A stretch of 47,721 nt of DNA from Thermotogota bacterium (GTDB taxonomy: Bacteria; Bipolaricaulota; Bipolaricaulia; UBA7950; UBA9294). Both the position numbers and the translations under genes were made by a program. Position 1 is the first letter of the stretch; each line of letters begins with the position of its first letter. Under the pieces are notes generated by a model. It was not told the origin of the DNA. It saw nothing but the letters and a program-made list of their open reading frames with translations, and did not search any database. The stretch lies in the NCBI GenBank assembly GCA_039679545.1, contig JBDKUT010000160.1, positions 1-47,721 of the forward strand, written 5' to 3'. This document shows, piece by piece, positions 1 to 7,464 of the stretch.

Positions 1-144
1 GTTCCGACGGCAAACGGCGCGCTTCCGTCCATCATGTGCCACTTTGCGCTGATCCTCGCCGTGTTCCTCGCGCGGATGATCGCTCTCGAGCGCCGTCAGA
101 CGGGGCGTGCGGAGTCGCCCACGCCGGCGCGCGAGCTGGCCTGA
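1..144 (+). CDS. 3' end of an upstream gene, probably a membrane protein (partial)
   Basis: Frame 1 is open from base 1 to TGA at 142-144: VPTANGALPSIMCHFALILAVFLARMIALERRQ...ELA*. The hydrophobic stretch with an SIxxH motif is reminiscent of CPBP intramembrane proteases, but it is too short to call. Confidence 0.45.
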   Translation, partial: VPTANGALPSIMCHFALILAVFLARMIALERRQTGRAESPTPARELA

Positions 145-197
145 CGCCGCCGCTGGGATGCTGCCGGTCGTCCCCGTACACTAGAGGGGAGGACTCG

Positions 198-770
198 ATG
201 GGCGGCAGAAGCTTCGAAACCGAACGGATGGCGCTTCGGGCGCTCGAATTGGAGGACGCGGCGTCTCTTCAGTCGTACCTGAACGACGACGCCATCCGAG
301 GGCGCCGCTACGTCCCAGGGTCGGTGCGCGACGTGGAACCCCTCTCCCGCGCGCAGGCCAGCGCGATCCTCGAGGAGTGGGGCAAGGAGAAGTCCAGCTT
401 CACGCTCGGCGTGCTCGCCAAGGCGTCGGGACGGCTGATCGGCCACGCCACCTGCGAGTGGAGTTGGGATCCGCACTGTCCGTCGGTTTCCGTCGTAATT
501 GCCCCATCCCAGCAGCGGGCCGGATACGGCTCAGAAGTCCTGCGTCTCCTCGTCGAGCACCTTTTCCTCGACACTCCAGCGCACACGATCACGGGATGGA
601 TCGCAAGCTGGAACGAGCCCGCGCTGGCGTTCGCCGCGGCGTTCGGGTTCGTCGAGTGTGGGCGCATCCCGCGAGCGGGGCTTCGGGACGGCGATTACTA
701 CGAACACGTGCTTGTCGACCTCCTGCGTCGCGAGTGGGCCGCCGGCCAAGGAGGTCACCGTGCCGCTTGA
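198..770 (+). CDS. GNAT N-acetyltransferase, RimJ/RimL-like
   Basis: ATG at 198 follows GGAGG. N-terminus FETERMALRALELEDA, acetyl-CoA motif QQRAGYGSE, C-terminal NEPALAFAAAFGF and DLLRREW. Confidence 0.85.
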   Translation: MGGRSFETERMALRALELEDAASLQSYLNDDAIRGRRYVPGSVRDVEPLSRAQASAILEEWGKEKSSFTLGVLAKASGRLIGHATCEWSWDPHCPSVSVVIAPSQQRAGYGSEVLRLLVEHLFLDTPAHTITGWIASWNEPALAFAAAFGFVECGRIPRAGLRDGDYYEHVLVDLLRREWAAGQGGHRAA

Positions 771-1348
771 GGGTACCCTCGTTGTCCTGAGGGAGGAACG
801 CCGCGAAGATCAGAAGCTGTTCGCCGAGCTGCGCAACGACCTCGCGACGCAGGCGTGGGGCCAGTCGCTCCCGCCGACGTACACCGAGGAGATGCACGTC
901 AAGCGGTTCGAGGCCATGGAGTTCTCGTACCAGCGAACCAGCGCCCGACTTCCGATCGTTCACAAGGAGACGGGCGAGATCGCCGGCTACATCTCGTACA
1001 CCGACCTCGAGCCGAGGTTTTCGACATCCATCGGTCTCGTGGTGGCGAAGCCGTTCTGGGGGGACCCGCGTCGGACTCGATGCTCAGGAGACGCTGCTCC
1101 GATTCCTCTTCTCCGAACTTGGGTTGCGCGTCGTTCATCTGTGGACCCACAGCGGGAACCCGCGTGCCGTGGGCCTCGCGGAGAAGTCCGGATTCCGGGT
1201 CACGGCGCGCATCCGTGAGGCTGTGTACAAGAACGGCAAGCTTCTCGACACGCTGGCCATGAGCTTGACGCGCGACGAGTACTACGCCCGGCACCCCGAG
1301 TCTGCGGACACGCTTCCCGATCCGGCGCACTCACTTCGTGAGGTCTGA
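760..1348 (+). pseudogene. Second RimJ/RimL-like GNAT, split by a +1 frameshift in a G6 run (1058-1063); true pseudogene or sequencing error
   Basis: GTG at 760 follows AGGAGG. Frame 1 reads PLEGTLVVLREE...VVAKPFWG. Removing one G continues TRVGLDAQETLLRFLFSELGLRVVHLWTHSGNPRAVGLAEKSGF into ORF 1124..1348, giving a full GNAT. Confidence 0.8.
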
Positions 1349-1372
1349 TCGGCACGTCGTGTTCACGAAGTG

Positions 1373-1480
1373 CGGGGAAGGGGCCTCCCCCACCACATGC
1401 TCCACGCTCGTTCGGCGAGCATGGACAGACGATTGTCCTATGAGAACATGTGGTCCTGATGTGGGCGGCCTTCCCCGAAC
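1373..1480 (-). ncRNA. Candidate structured small RNA of unknown family
   Basis: Closing stem 1373-1381/1469-1477, inner 12-bp stem 1392-1403/1443-1454, and two adjacent hairpins (1404-1422, 1423-1438). Three G-U pairs form only on the minus strand. A promoter-like element lies immediately upstream. Confidence 0.45.
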
Positions 1481-1487
1481 AGTCCAG

Positions 1488-1516
1488 AGCATATGGGAGA
1501 TCGTAGGATTCCGCAA
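1488..1516 (-). promoter_or_regulatory. sigma70-like promoter TTGCGG-N17-TATGCT facing the candidate sRNA
   Basis: Plus-strand ccgcaa at 1511-1516 and agcata at 1488-1493 with a 17-nt spacer. Same pattern as at 26409 and 30519. Confidence 0.5.
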
Positions 1517-1545
1517 GGTCGCCGCCATCTACGGCGCTAGGCAGA

Positions 1546-2694
1546 CTACGCCGGCTCGCGGTACGTGAGCATGAGACACGCCGCGAGGAGTGGAAGTAGC
1601 GCGACGACGCTCATGACCGAAACGAGTCCGAATCGATCGGCGAACCATCCGATGGGCGTCAACGCAACCCCGCCGGCACCCCACGCCAGCCCCATGACCA
1701 GGCCGGACACAAGGCCGGTTCGTCCCGGCACGCACTCCTGGGCGGCGACGATCGCCACGGGAGAGGAAGCCAGGGAGAACGCGCCGGCGAGGGCCGCCGC
1801 GGGGAGGAGGCTCCACGCCGGGCCGCGGACAAGCGCGACCAAGAACGGCGTTGCCAGAGCAAGGGATCCGAGGATCACGGCCTTCCGCCCGAAGCGATCG
1901 GACAGACTCCCGGCGAGGAACTCCGCCGTGGCACCACAGATCAGGAAGACGCTGAGCGCGGCTCCACCGACCCATGCCGAGCCGCCTCGTTCGACGACGA
2001 GCACGGACAGAAAGCTCGAGAACGCGGCGCTGCAGGCATACGTCACGACCATGACAAACCAAAGCAGGGCGAGGCGGGGCGGAAGCGCGGTCCGGCTCTG
2101 CTCCCTGCGAGTCGTTTCCCGTGAGGCCGGGACCAGTCGCCGTAGCGGAATAGCGAAGGCTGCGACGATGGTGAGTCCCGGAAGGACCAGCCACGGACTT
2201 CGCTCCACCGAGAACGCCCCCGTGAACGCGACAATCGCCATCGGAGCAAGCGCGGCCCCCACCGTACCGCCCGAAGAGAACAGGGCCATCAGGAAACCCT
2301 GACGAGCCGGCCTGTCGGCGGTGACCATCGCCGCCGCCGCCGGGTGGAACAAGGCCGTTCCGATCCCAGCCACAAGCATGATGGCGAGGAGTTGGGCGAA
2401 GCTCGTCGCTCGGCCGAGGAACGACATCGCGGCGATCGTCAGGATCGGTCCAACCACGACAAGACCCGGGCGCCCGGCGCGGTCGATCCAGTGGCCGAGG
2501 CTCGGCTGAAGCACGGAGTTCGTGACGATGCGGATCGTCCCAAGGACACCGGCCAAGGTGAGAGACAGGTCGAGGCGGTCGATCAAAAGCGGGAGGAGAG
2601 GGGCGAAGAACCCTCCGAACCCGTCATTCACGAGGTGCCCAACCGACAGGAGCCCAGTCCGTAGCCACAGGCGCGTGCGCTGCTCCTTAATCAT
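1546..2694 (-). CDS. MFS transporter, Fsr-like
   Basis: GHLVNDGFGGFFAPLLPLL, ALFHP, GSLSDRFGRK; about 12 hydrophobic segments. Confidence 0.9.
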   Translation of the reverse strand: MIKEQRTRLWLRTGLLSVGHLVNDGFGGFFAPLLPLLIDRLDLSLTLAGVLGTIRIVTNSVLQPSLGHWIDRAGRPGLVVVGPILTIAAMSFLGRATSFAQLLAIMLVAGIGTALFHPAAAAMVTADRPARQGFLMALFSSGGTVGAALAPMAIVAFTGAFSVERSPWLVLPGLTIVAAFAIPLRRLVPASRETTRREQSRTALPPRLALLWFVMVVTYACSAAFSSFLSVLVVERGGSAWVGGAALSVFLICGATAEFLAGSLSDRFGRKAVILGSLALATPFLVALVRGPAWSLLPAAALAGAFSLASSPVAIVAAQECVPGRTGLVSGLVMGLAWGAGGVALTPIGWFADRFGLVSVMSVVALLPLLAACLMLTYREPA

Positions 2695-2774
2695 ACGGCT
2701 CGAATCATAGTGGGGCTTCCGCTACGGATCGAGGTCGGCACGACGCACGTGTAGACTGGGCCGGCACGGAGCAT

Positions 2775-5603
2775 CTACAGAGCGAAGTTGACGCTTAGGT
2801 AGACCTGGTCTGCGGCGTTCCAGCCGATCAGCGGGTACGCATAGCCAAGCGTGAGGTCGAACTCGAGGCCGAGAGGGCCGACGAGCGCGAAGCGGAACTC
2901 CCCGCCGGTCTCGAGGCGGAACCCTAGGTCGAAAACGGGGGGAGCCTCGACCCACGTTCGACCGCCGCGCAGGAAGACCACTGGCGTGACGGAAGCGACG
3001 CGTGCGAGGTTCAGCACGGCGTATCCCCAATCGCGGTAGGTCGGGGGGAGAACGATGTCCACGCCGACGAACACCTGGCGCTGCCCCTCGGGGAGTTCGG
3101 AGAAGCCATGGAGCTTGTCGAGCGAGAACTGGAACGAACGGGGAAGCGGTCGAATCAGCGCCTCGGAGAGGGAAGCCGAGAGGTCGAGGTAGAGGAGAGC
3201 GCCCCAGCGATAGCGGACCGTGCCGTTCCACTCCAAGGCGGCAAACGGCGTCTCGCCGAGCCCCGGGATCCCAAGCACGAGTGCGATGCTGCCTCCGCGG
3301 TCTCGCGCCGGAAGCGCGGACTCCGACAGGGTGAAGGAGGCATAGGGCGTGAGTTGGCTCACGGTGCCGAGGACGCCGAACGTCATGTCCAACTGGTACG
3401 TGGGGTACCAGTAGCGCCCGGGGCTCCCGGTGTCCGGGTGAGTGTAGAAGGAGAGAACGGCCGTGAGGCTCGCGTCGACATTTCCGGTCCCTTCGACGAA
3501 GTCGAGATCAAGGACCGTGCAGCTTGCCCGGAGCGAAAGGCGTCGATCGATGTCTGCGGCGAACGCACCGACGACGTCCCAATGGTTCAGAAGCTCGCCC
3601 CAATCGAGGGAGGAGAAGTCCGTGTCCTCGTCCACATGCGGGAACGCCATGACGCTCCATTCGTGGTCGTTGCGGAACGAACCGGACACGGCAAACGATT
3701 CGACCTTGATCACGTACGCGTCGAGCGGCCTTCCGACGGGCGGCGCGTCCACGGCGCGCAACGGGCTGTCGATGAGCACGCGGCGCGGCCAGCGATTGTT
3801 GAACCGATCCCGGTCGGGAAGCATCTCCTCCGGGTCGACGTGGATGTGAACGACGGGGAGCGCCGTGACGAAAAAGGGGATCGCGGCCGTCGTCCCGTCG
3901 CTTGAGATCCAGGTCGTGCGGACCGTTGACCCGTCGGACAACGTGGCAGCGATCGTTACCGGAAGCGGCGGCCCCGAGCGTCGGACGATGGCCGTCGTCG
4001 TGTACCCATCCTCTCCGAGGGACGATACGAATCCGTCGACGGCGATGTCGAGCTGGGCGTCTCCCGTGACCCAATCGTCGAAGAACTCGGGGTACAGCGC
4101 ATTCCCCGCCGCGCGCTCGACGATCTCCCGGAGCGCCGCCACCGTCAAGGTTCGCCCCTCCCACGCGGCCGCCGTGTCTCGCAAGACCTCGTCCATGCGA
4201 TCTCTTCCGAGGATGCCCTCGATCATCCGAAGAACCAAGTAGCCCTTCTTGTACGTTCGAACCGACTCGCCGTTCAAGTATTCGACGTTCCGCAACGGCT
4301 TCACGATCCCCTCGTCGAACCCCATCTTGAGCAGAGCCAAGTAGGGTGTCTCAATCATGTGTTGGCGAAGGTTGTAGTACCCGAAGACGTCGGAGATGAG
4401 ATCCTCCACAAGCCCCTCGCCGAGCCCGGCGAACAGGTTCGGCTCGTAGACACCGTAACGGTCCTCGAAATACCGCACCGCGAGGTACTCCGCGAAGCCT
4501 TCCGAGATCCAGTTCTCCGCGTTGAAGTCGGCGCCGACACCGATTCCCCACCAGAGGTGCGCAAGCTCGTGGGCAAGCGCGTACTCGATCAGTCGGTCAT
4601 ACATGCCGATCGCGGGCATGTCTTTCATGCGCGAGAGGAGCGATCCGAGGAACACCATCCCGTCCGAGCCCAAGCCGTACAGCCCGGGCGTCGGGTCCTC
4701 GACGATCACCACTCGTCGGGGTGCGAGGGCTCCGAATCGAGCGGCGTACACCGGCAGGATTTCCGTGGCCTCGGACGCGACAACCCGCGCGAAACCCTCG
4801 GCGCCGGGGAGGCAGATCGCATCAATCAGAACGCCGTTCCATGTCGTGCTCACCACGGATAGGTCGCGGCCGATTACAAGGGGCACCGAGCGCACCGGGC
4901 GCTCGCTCGAGAGCGTCGTGGTCGTCCAGCCCGTTGCGACGACCGATGAGGTTTGCTCGTCTGCACCGCCGAAGGTCTGGTATCCCACGGGGACCGAAAC
5001 CTCCACACGGTACAGGGCGGCCGGCAGAGCGAACACATCCTCGTTCTCGGGACGCGCGACGGCGATCGGGTTCCACCCGAACCGCCAGATGTAGGTGTCG
5101 CGGTACACGCACATGTCTGCGCTGAGGGCCTCGGCGAACTTCGTCCGAAAGCCGATATGCAGCGTCACACGCTCACCCGGCAGGAGCGGCTTCGGGAGAT
5201 CCACAACCAAGAGGACGTCGTCGAGAGAGTAGGTCTGCAGGCTCGGCGGCGACGGCTCGAATCGATAGGGGAGCGGTGCTTTCGCCGCGTCGGAGACATC
5301 GTCGATCACCGTCCATGTTGGGTCAAACCCGGCCACGTACCCTTCGTCGAGGAGAACGGGATCGACGTACGGGTTCTGCTCCCTCCCCCAGTTCGCGACA
5401 AGGAGGAAGACCACTTCCCCTAGGGGCTTCGCAGTGTCGTTGACGTACTCGACCCACTCGGCACCCGCGAGGGTGTTCTCCTGCGGACTCAGGGTCACCG
5501 AGATGTTGTAGGAACTCATCCCGTCGCGGCTCAAGCTGATCGCTGAGCACACGGTGAGGATAGCAAGAGCGCACAGAGCCGCGGTAACGCGTCGAGTGAA
5601 CAT
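2775..5603 (-). CDS. Secreted M1-family (gluzincin) metallopeptidase with a C-terminal beta-strand-rich, barrel-like region
   Basis: ATG at 5603 follows AAAGGAG; signal peptide. HELAH-x18-E (NWISEGFAEY), YKKG, DPEEMLPDRDRFNN. Ends QVYLSVNFAL. Confidence 0.85.
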   Translation of the reverse strand: MFTRRVTAALCALAILTVCSAISLSRDGMSSYNISVTLSPQENTLAGAEWVEYVNDTAKPLGEVVFLLVANWGREQNPYVDPVLLDEGYVAGFDPTWTVIDDVSDAAKAPLPYRFEPSPPSLQTYSLDDVLLVVDLPKPLLPGERVTLHIGFRTKFAEALSADMCVYRDTYIWRFGWNPIAVARPENEDVFALPAALYRVEVSVPVGYQTFGGADEQTSSVVATGWTTTTLSSERPVRSVPLVIGRDLSVVSTTWNGVLIDAICLPGAEGFARVVASEATEILPVYAARFGALAPRRVVIVEDPTPGLYGLGSDGMVFLGSLLSRMKDMPAIGMYDRLIEYALAHELAHLWWGIGVGADFNAENWISEGFAEYLAVRYFEDRYGVYEPNLFAGLGEGLVEDLISDVFGYYNLRQHMIETPYLALLKMGFDEGIVKPLRNVEYLNGESVRTYKKGYLVLRMIEGILGRDRMDEVLRDTAAAWEGRTLTVAALREIVERAAGNALYPEFFDDWVTGDAQLDIAVDGFVSSLGEDGYTTTAIVRRSGPPLPVTIAATLSDGSTVRTTWISSDGTTAAIPFFVTALPVVHIHVDPEEMLPDRDRFNNRWPRRVLIDSPLRAVDAPPVGRPLDAYVIKVESFAVSGSFRNDHEWSVMAFPHVDEDTDFSSLDWGELLNHWDVVGAFAADIDRRLSLRASCTVLDLDFVEGTGNVDASLTAVLSFYTHPDTGSPGRYWYPTYQLDMTFGVLGTVSQLTPYASFTLSESALPARDRGGSIALVLGIPGLGETPFAALEWNGTVRYRWGALLYLDLSASLSEALIRPLPRSFQFSLDKLHGFSELPEGQRQVFVGVDIVLPPTYRDWGYAVLNLARVASVTPVVFLRGGRTWVEAPPVFDLGFRLETGGEFRFALVGPLGLEFDLTLGYAYPLIGWNAADQVYLSVNFAL

Positions 5604-5642
5604 GGCCCGCTCCTTTCGAGTCTCCCGCAAGGGATTGTGATC

Positions 5643-6152
5643 CTATTCGAGGGCCGCGGCAACGGCGGCGGCGAACTCCGACGTGTTGTCCGCCATCATG
5701 TCGTGTCCTGCCCCGAGGGTGATCTGAACCTGCACGCCGTGCAGCAGGAGGAAGGTCCGGGGAAACCGCAGCCCGTACAGGACCTCGTGGAATGTCGGGA
5801 AGCGAGGGGCGATCAGGTCGGCGATCCGTAGGCTGCCGAGGTATCCGGTTGGCACGCGGGGATCAGCGGCCGCTTGCTTCACCAGCTTGGTGTGCCCCGA
5901 GCGTAGGTACTCCTCCGAGAATCGCGTCGCGTACCCGGAGATCAACCCTGGAGATGGACCCAGATTCAACTCGGCAAGGGCGACGCGTGTGACGCGCGCT
6001 TCCGGCCGCGCCGCAGCGAGGAGTGCGTCACCTCCGCGAACGACGGAGCGCTCGAAGCGCCGAGGCCGTGGATCCACACGACGGCCGGGCTTTCCCGGGG
6101 GATCGGAGTAACGCAAGCGAGTGTTCGCCGGCGGGTAGCGGAAAACGCGCAT
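5643..6152 (-). pseudogene. Internally deleted alpha/beta-hydrolase remnant
   Basis: 169 aa. Retains GGDALLAAARPEARVTRVALAE (post-nucleophile helix and strand) and C-terminal GAGHDMMADNTSEFAAAVAAAL, but has no HG oxyanion motif and no GxSxG. Confidence 0.55.
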
Positions 6153-6156
6153 CGGC

Positions 6157-7320
6157 CTAAGAATCGCCACTGTGGGGTGGGGATTCGATCGACTCCGTTG
6201 TGCGGCGGTAGGTAATGCCGCGCTCCGCCAGTCCGGCAAGGAGAAATTGGACGCAGTCCTCGCGTCGTCCGATGACCTCTGGCGGGGTGACCCCTACTTC
6301 GCGGAAGAGGCCCTTGGCCAACATACGGACGGCCATCGCAGCGGCGTATCCGGTCGTCCGCGCCATGGACGATGTTTCCGTCGCCCGATCAAAGCGATCC
6401 GCGAGAGTGTACACGACGTGGACAGGGCGCCCGTTTTTCTCTCCGTCGACCACGATTCGCATGACGGTAACATCCTCATCCCCCTCGTGCATCTGCCACA
6501 AGGGAAAGAGGAGCGCGGCCGCCACATCAACGGGGCGGACCGACGCTCCGTCGACGTGGATCGGCTCCGCGCCGAAAAAGCCGGAATCTCGCAGCAGGCT
6601 CATCCGCTCGGCGTGCCCGGGGTAGCGCATGGTCTTTTCCGCCATGTCGGGGCAAGGGATGGTCGCCAGGAGCGTACGCAGCCCGTCGGTGACGAACGCC
6701 TCAAGCGTCCCAATCCCCTCAACTTCGATGTGCTCCAGGTCCGACAGAGCCGGCTTCACGCGGAGCTCTCCGCCCTCGACGACGCGGCTCGGCCTCGTGT
6801 ATTCCTCGATGACGTCGATCGGCGAGAACCCCGCCTTGTACTCGTACGGAAGGACACGAATCGTGGGCAGTCCGCCCACGTAGATCCGTACCCGCGCCGT
6901 CCGGTCGAGCCGGGCGCTCTCCCGGCCGACGAGGAGGTTGCTCATTCCCGGGGCGACACCGCAATCCACAAGCGCGGTGACCCCGTTGGCTTTTGCGAGA
7001 TCGTTCAACCCGAATGGGTCTTCGGGGAAGAAGGCGATGTCCACAACCTGCTTGCACGCTTCGAGCACGGTTCGGAGCGTGCGGTAGCCCAGGAACCCGG
7101 GGACGGCGCTTACGACGAGGTCCGCCTTGGCAACCGCCCTCGCTGTGGCCCCTTCGAGCGAGAAGTCGACTCGCTCTCCCGCGATTCCGTGCTGTGCCCG
7201 CAGGCGTTCCAGCGAGCGAGGGTCCCGATCGGCGACCCGAACTTCAAACTCCGCACCCTTAGCAAGATCGATAGCGATCGCGCTGCCTACGCGACCGGCT
7301 CCGAGTACAACAACCTTCAT
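6157..7320 (-). CDS. Saccharopine dehydrogenase / lysine 6-dehydrogenase family oxidoreductase
   Basis: Rossmann motif VVVLGAGRVG, DCGVAPGMSN, YVGGLP, TDGLRTL, KTMRYPGH, SSMARTTG; AGGAG RBS. Confidence 0.9.
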   Translation of the reverse strand: MKVVVLGAGRVGSAIAIDLAKGAEFEVRVADRDPRSLERLRAQHGIAGERVDFSLEGATARAVAKADLVVSAVPGFLGYRTLRTVLEACKQVVDIAFFPEDPFGLNDLAKANGVTALVDCGVAPGMSNLLVGRESARLDRTARVRIYVGGLPTIRVLPYEYKAGFSPIDVIEEYTRPSRVVEGGELRVKPALSDLEHIEVEGIGTLEAFVTDGLRTLLATIPCPDMAEKTMRYPGHAERMSLLRDSGFFGAEPIHVDGASVRPVDVAAALLFPLWQMHEGDEDVTVMRIVVDGEKNGRPVHVVYTLADRFDRATETSSMARTTGYAAAMAVRMLAKGLFREVGVTPPEVIGRREDCVQFLLAGLAERGITYRRTTESIESPPHSGDS

Positions 7321-7464
7321 ACAGTCTCCTTCGTCCTTCCACGGAGGGTGAGAACTCCGGACTACGGCACCTCTCTCGCCGCGAGTCCACTATGCGCGGC
7401 GCACGTGCGCTGCACAAGGCCCACGTCGTGGGAGCGAATTGATGGCCCTGTACCTTAATCGTCG

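Noticed and set aside
1363..1422. Minus-strand mini-ORF MLAERAWSMWWGRPLPRTS as a Trp leader peptide
   Set aside because: Poor RBS spacing, start buried in a stem, and no downstream gene on that strand.
1373..1480. Structured element as SRP RNA, 5S rRNA, tRNA, purine riboswitch or hammerhead
   Set aside because: No GNRA-capped SRP helix 8, no T-loop or cloverleaf, no CUGAnGA/GAAA core. The UCAGG and CCGAAC matches are in the wrong context.
6172..7458. Long antisense or alternative-frame ORFs (also 24543-26093 +, 19929-21812 -, 16389-17735 -, 29162-30502 -)
   Set aside because: They overlap well-supported genes and carry no motifs; these are typical high-GC shadow ORFs.
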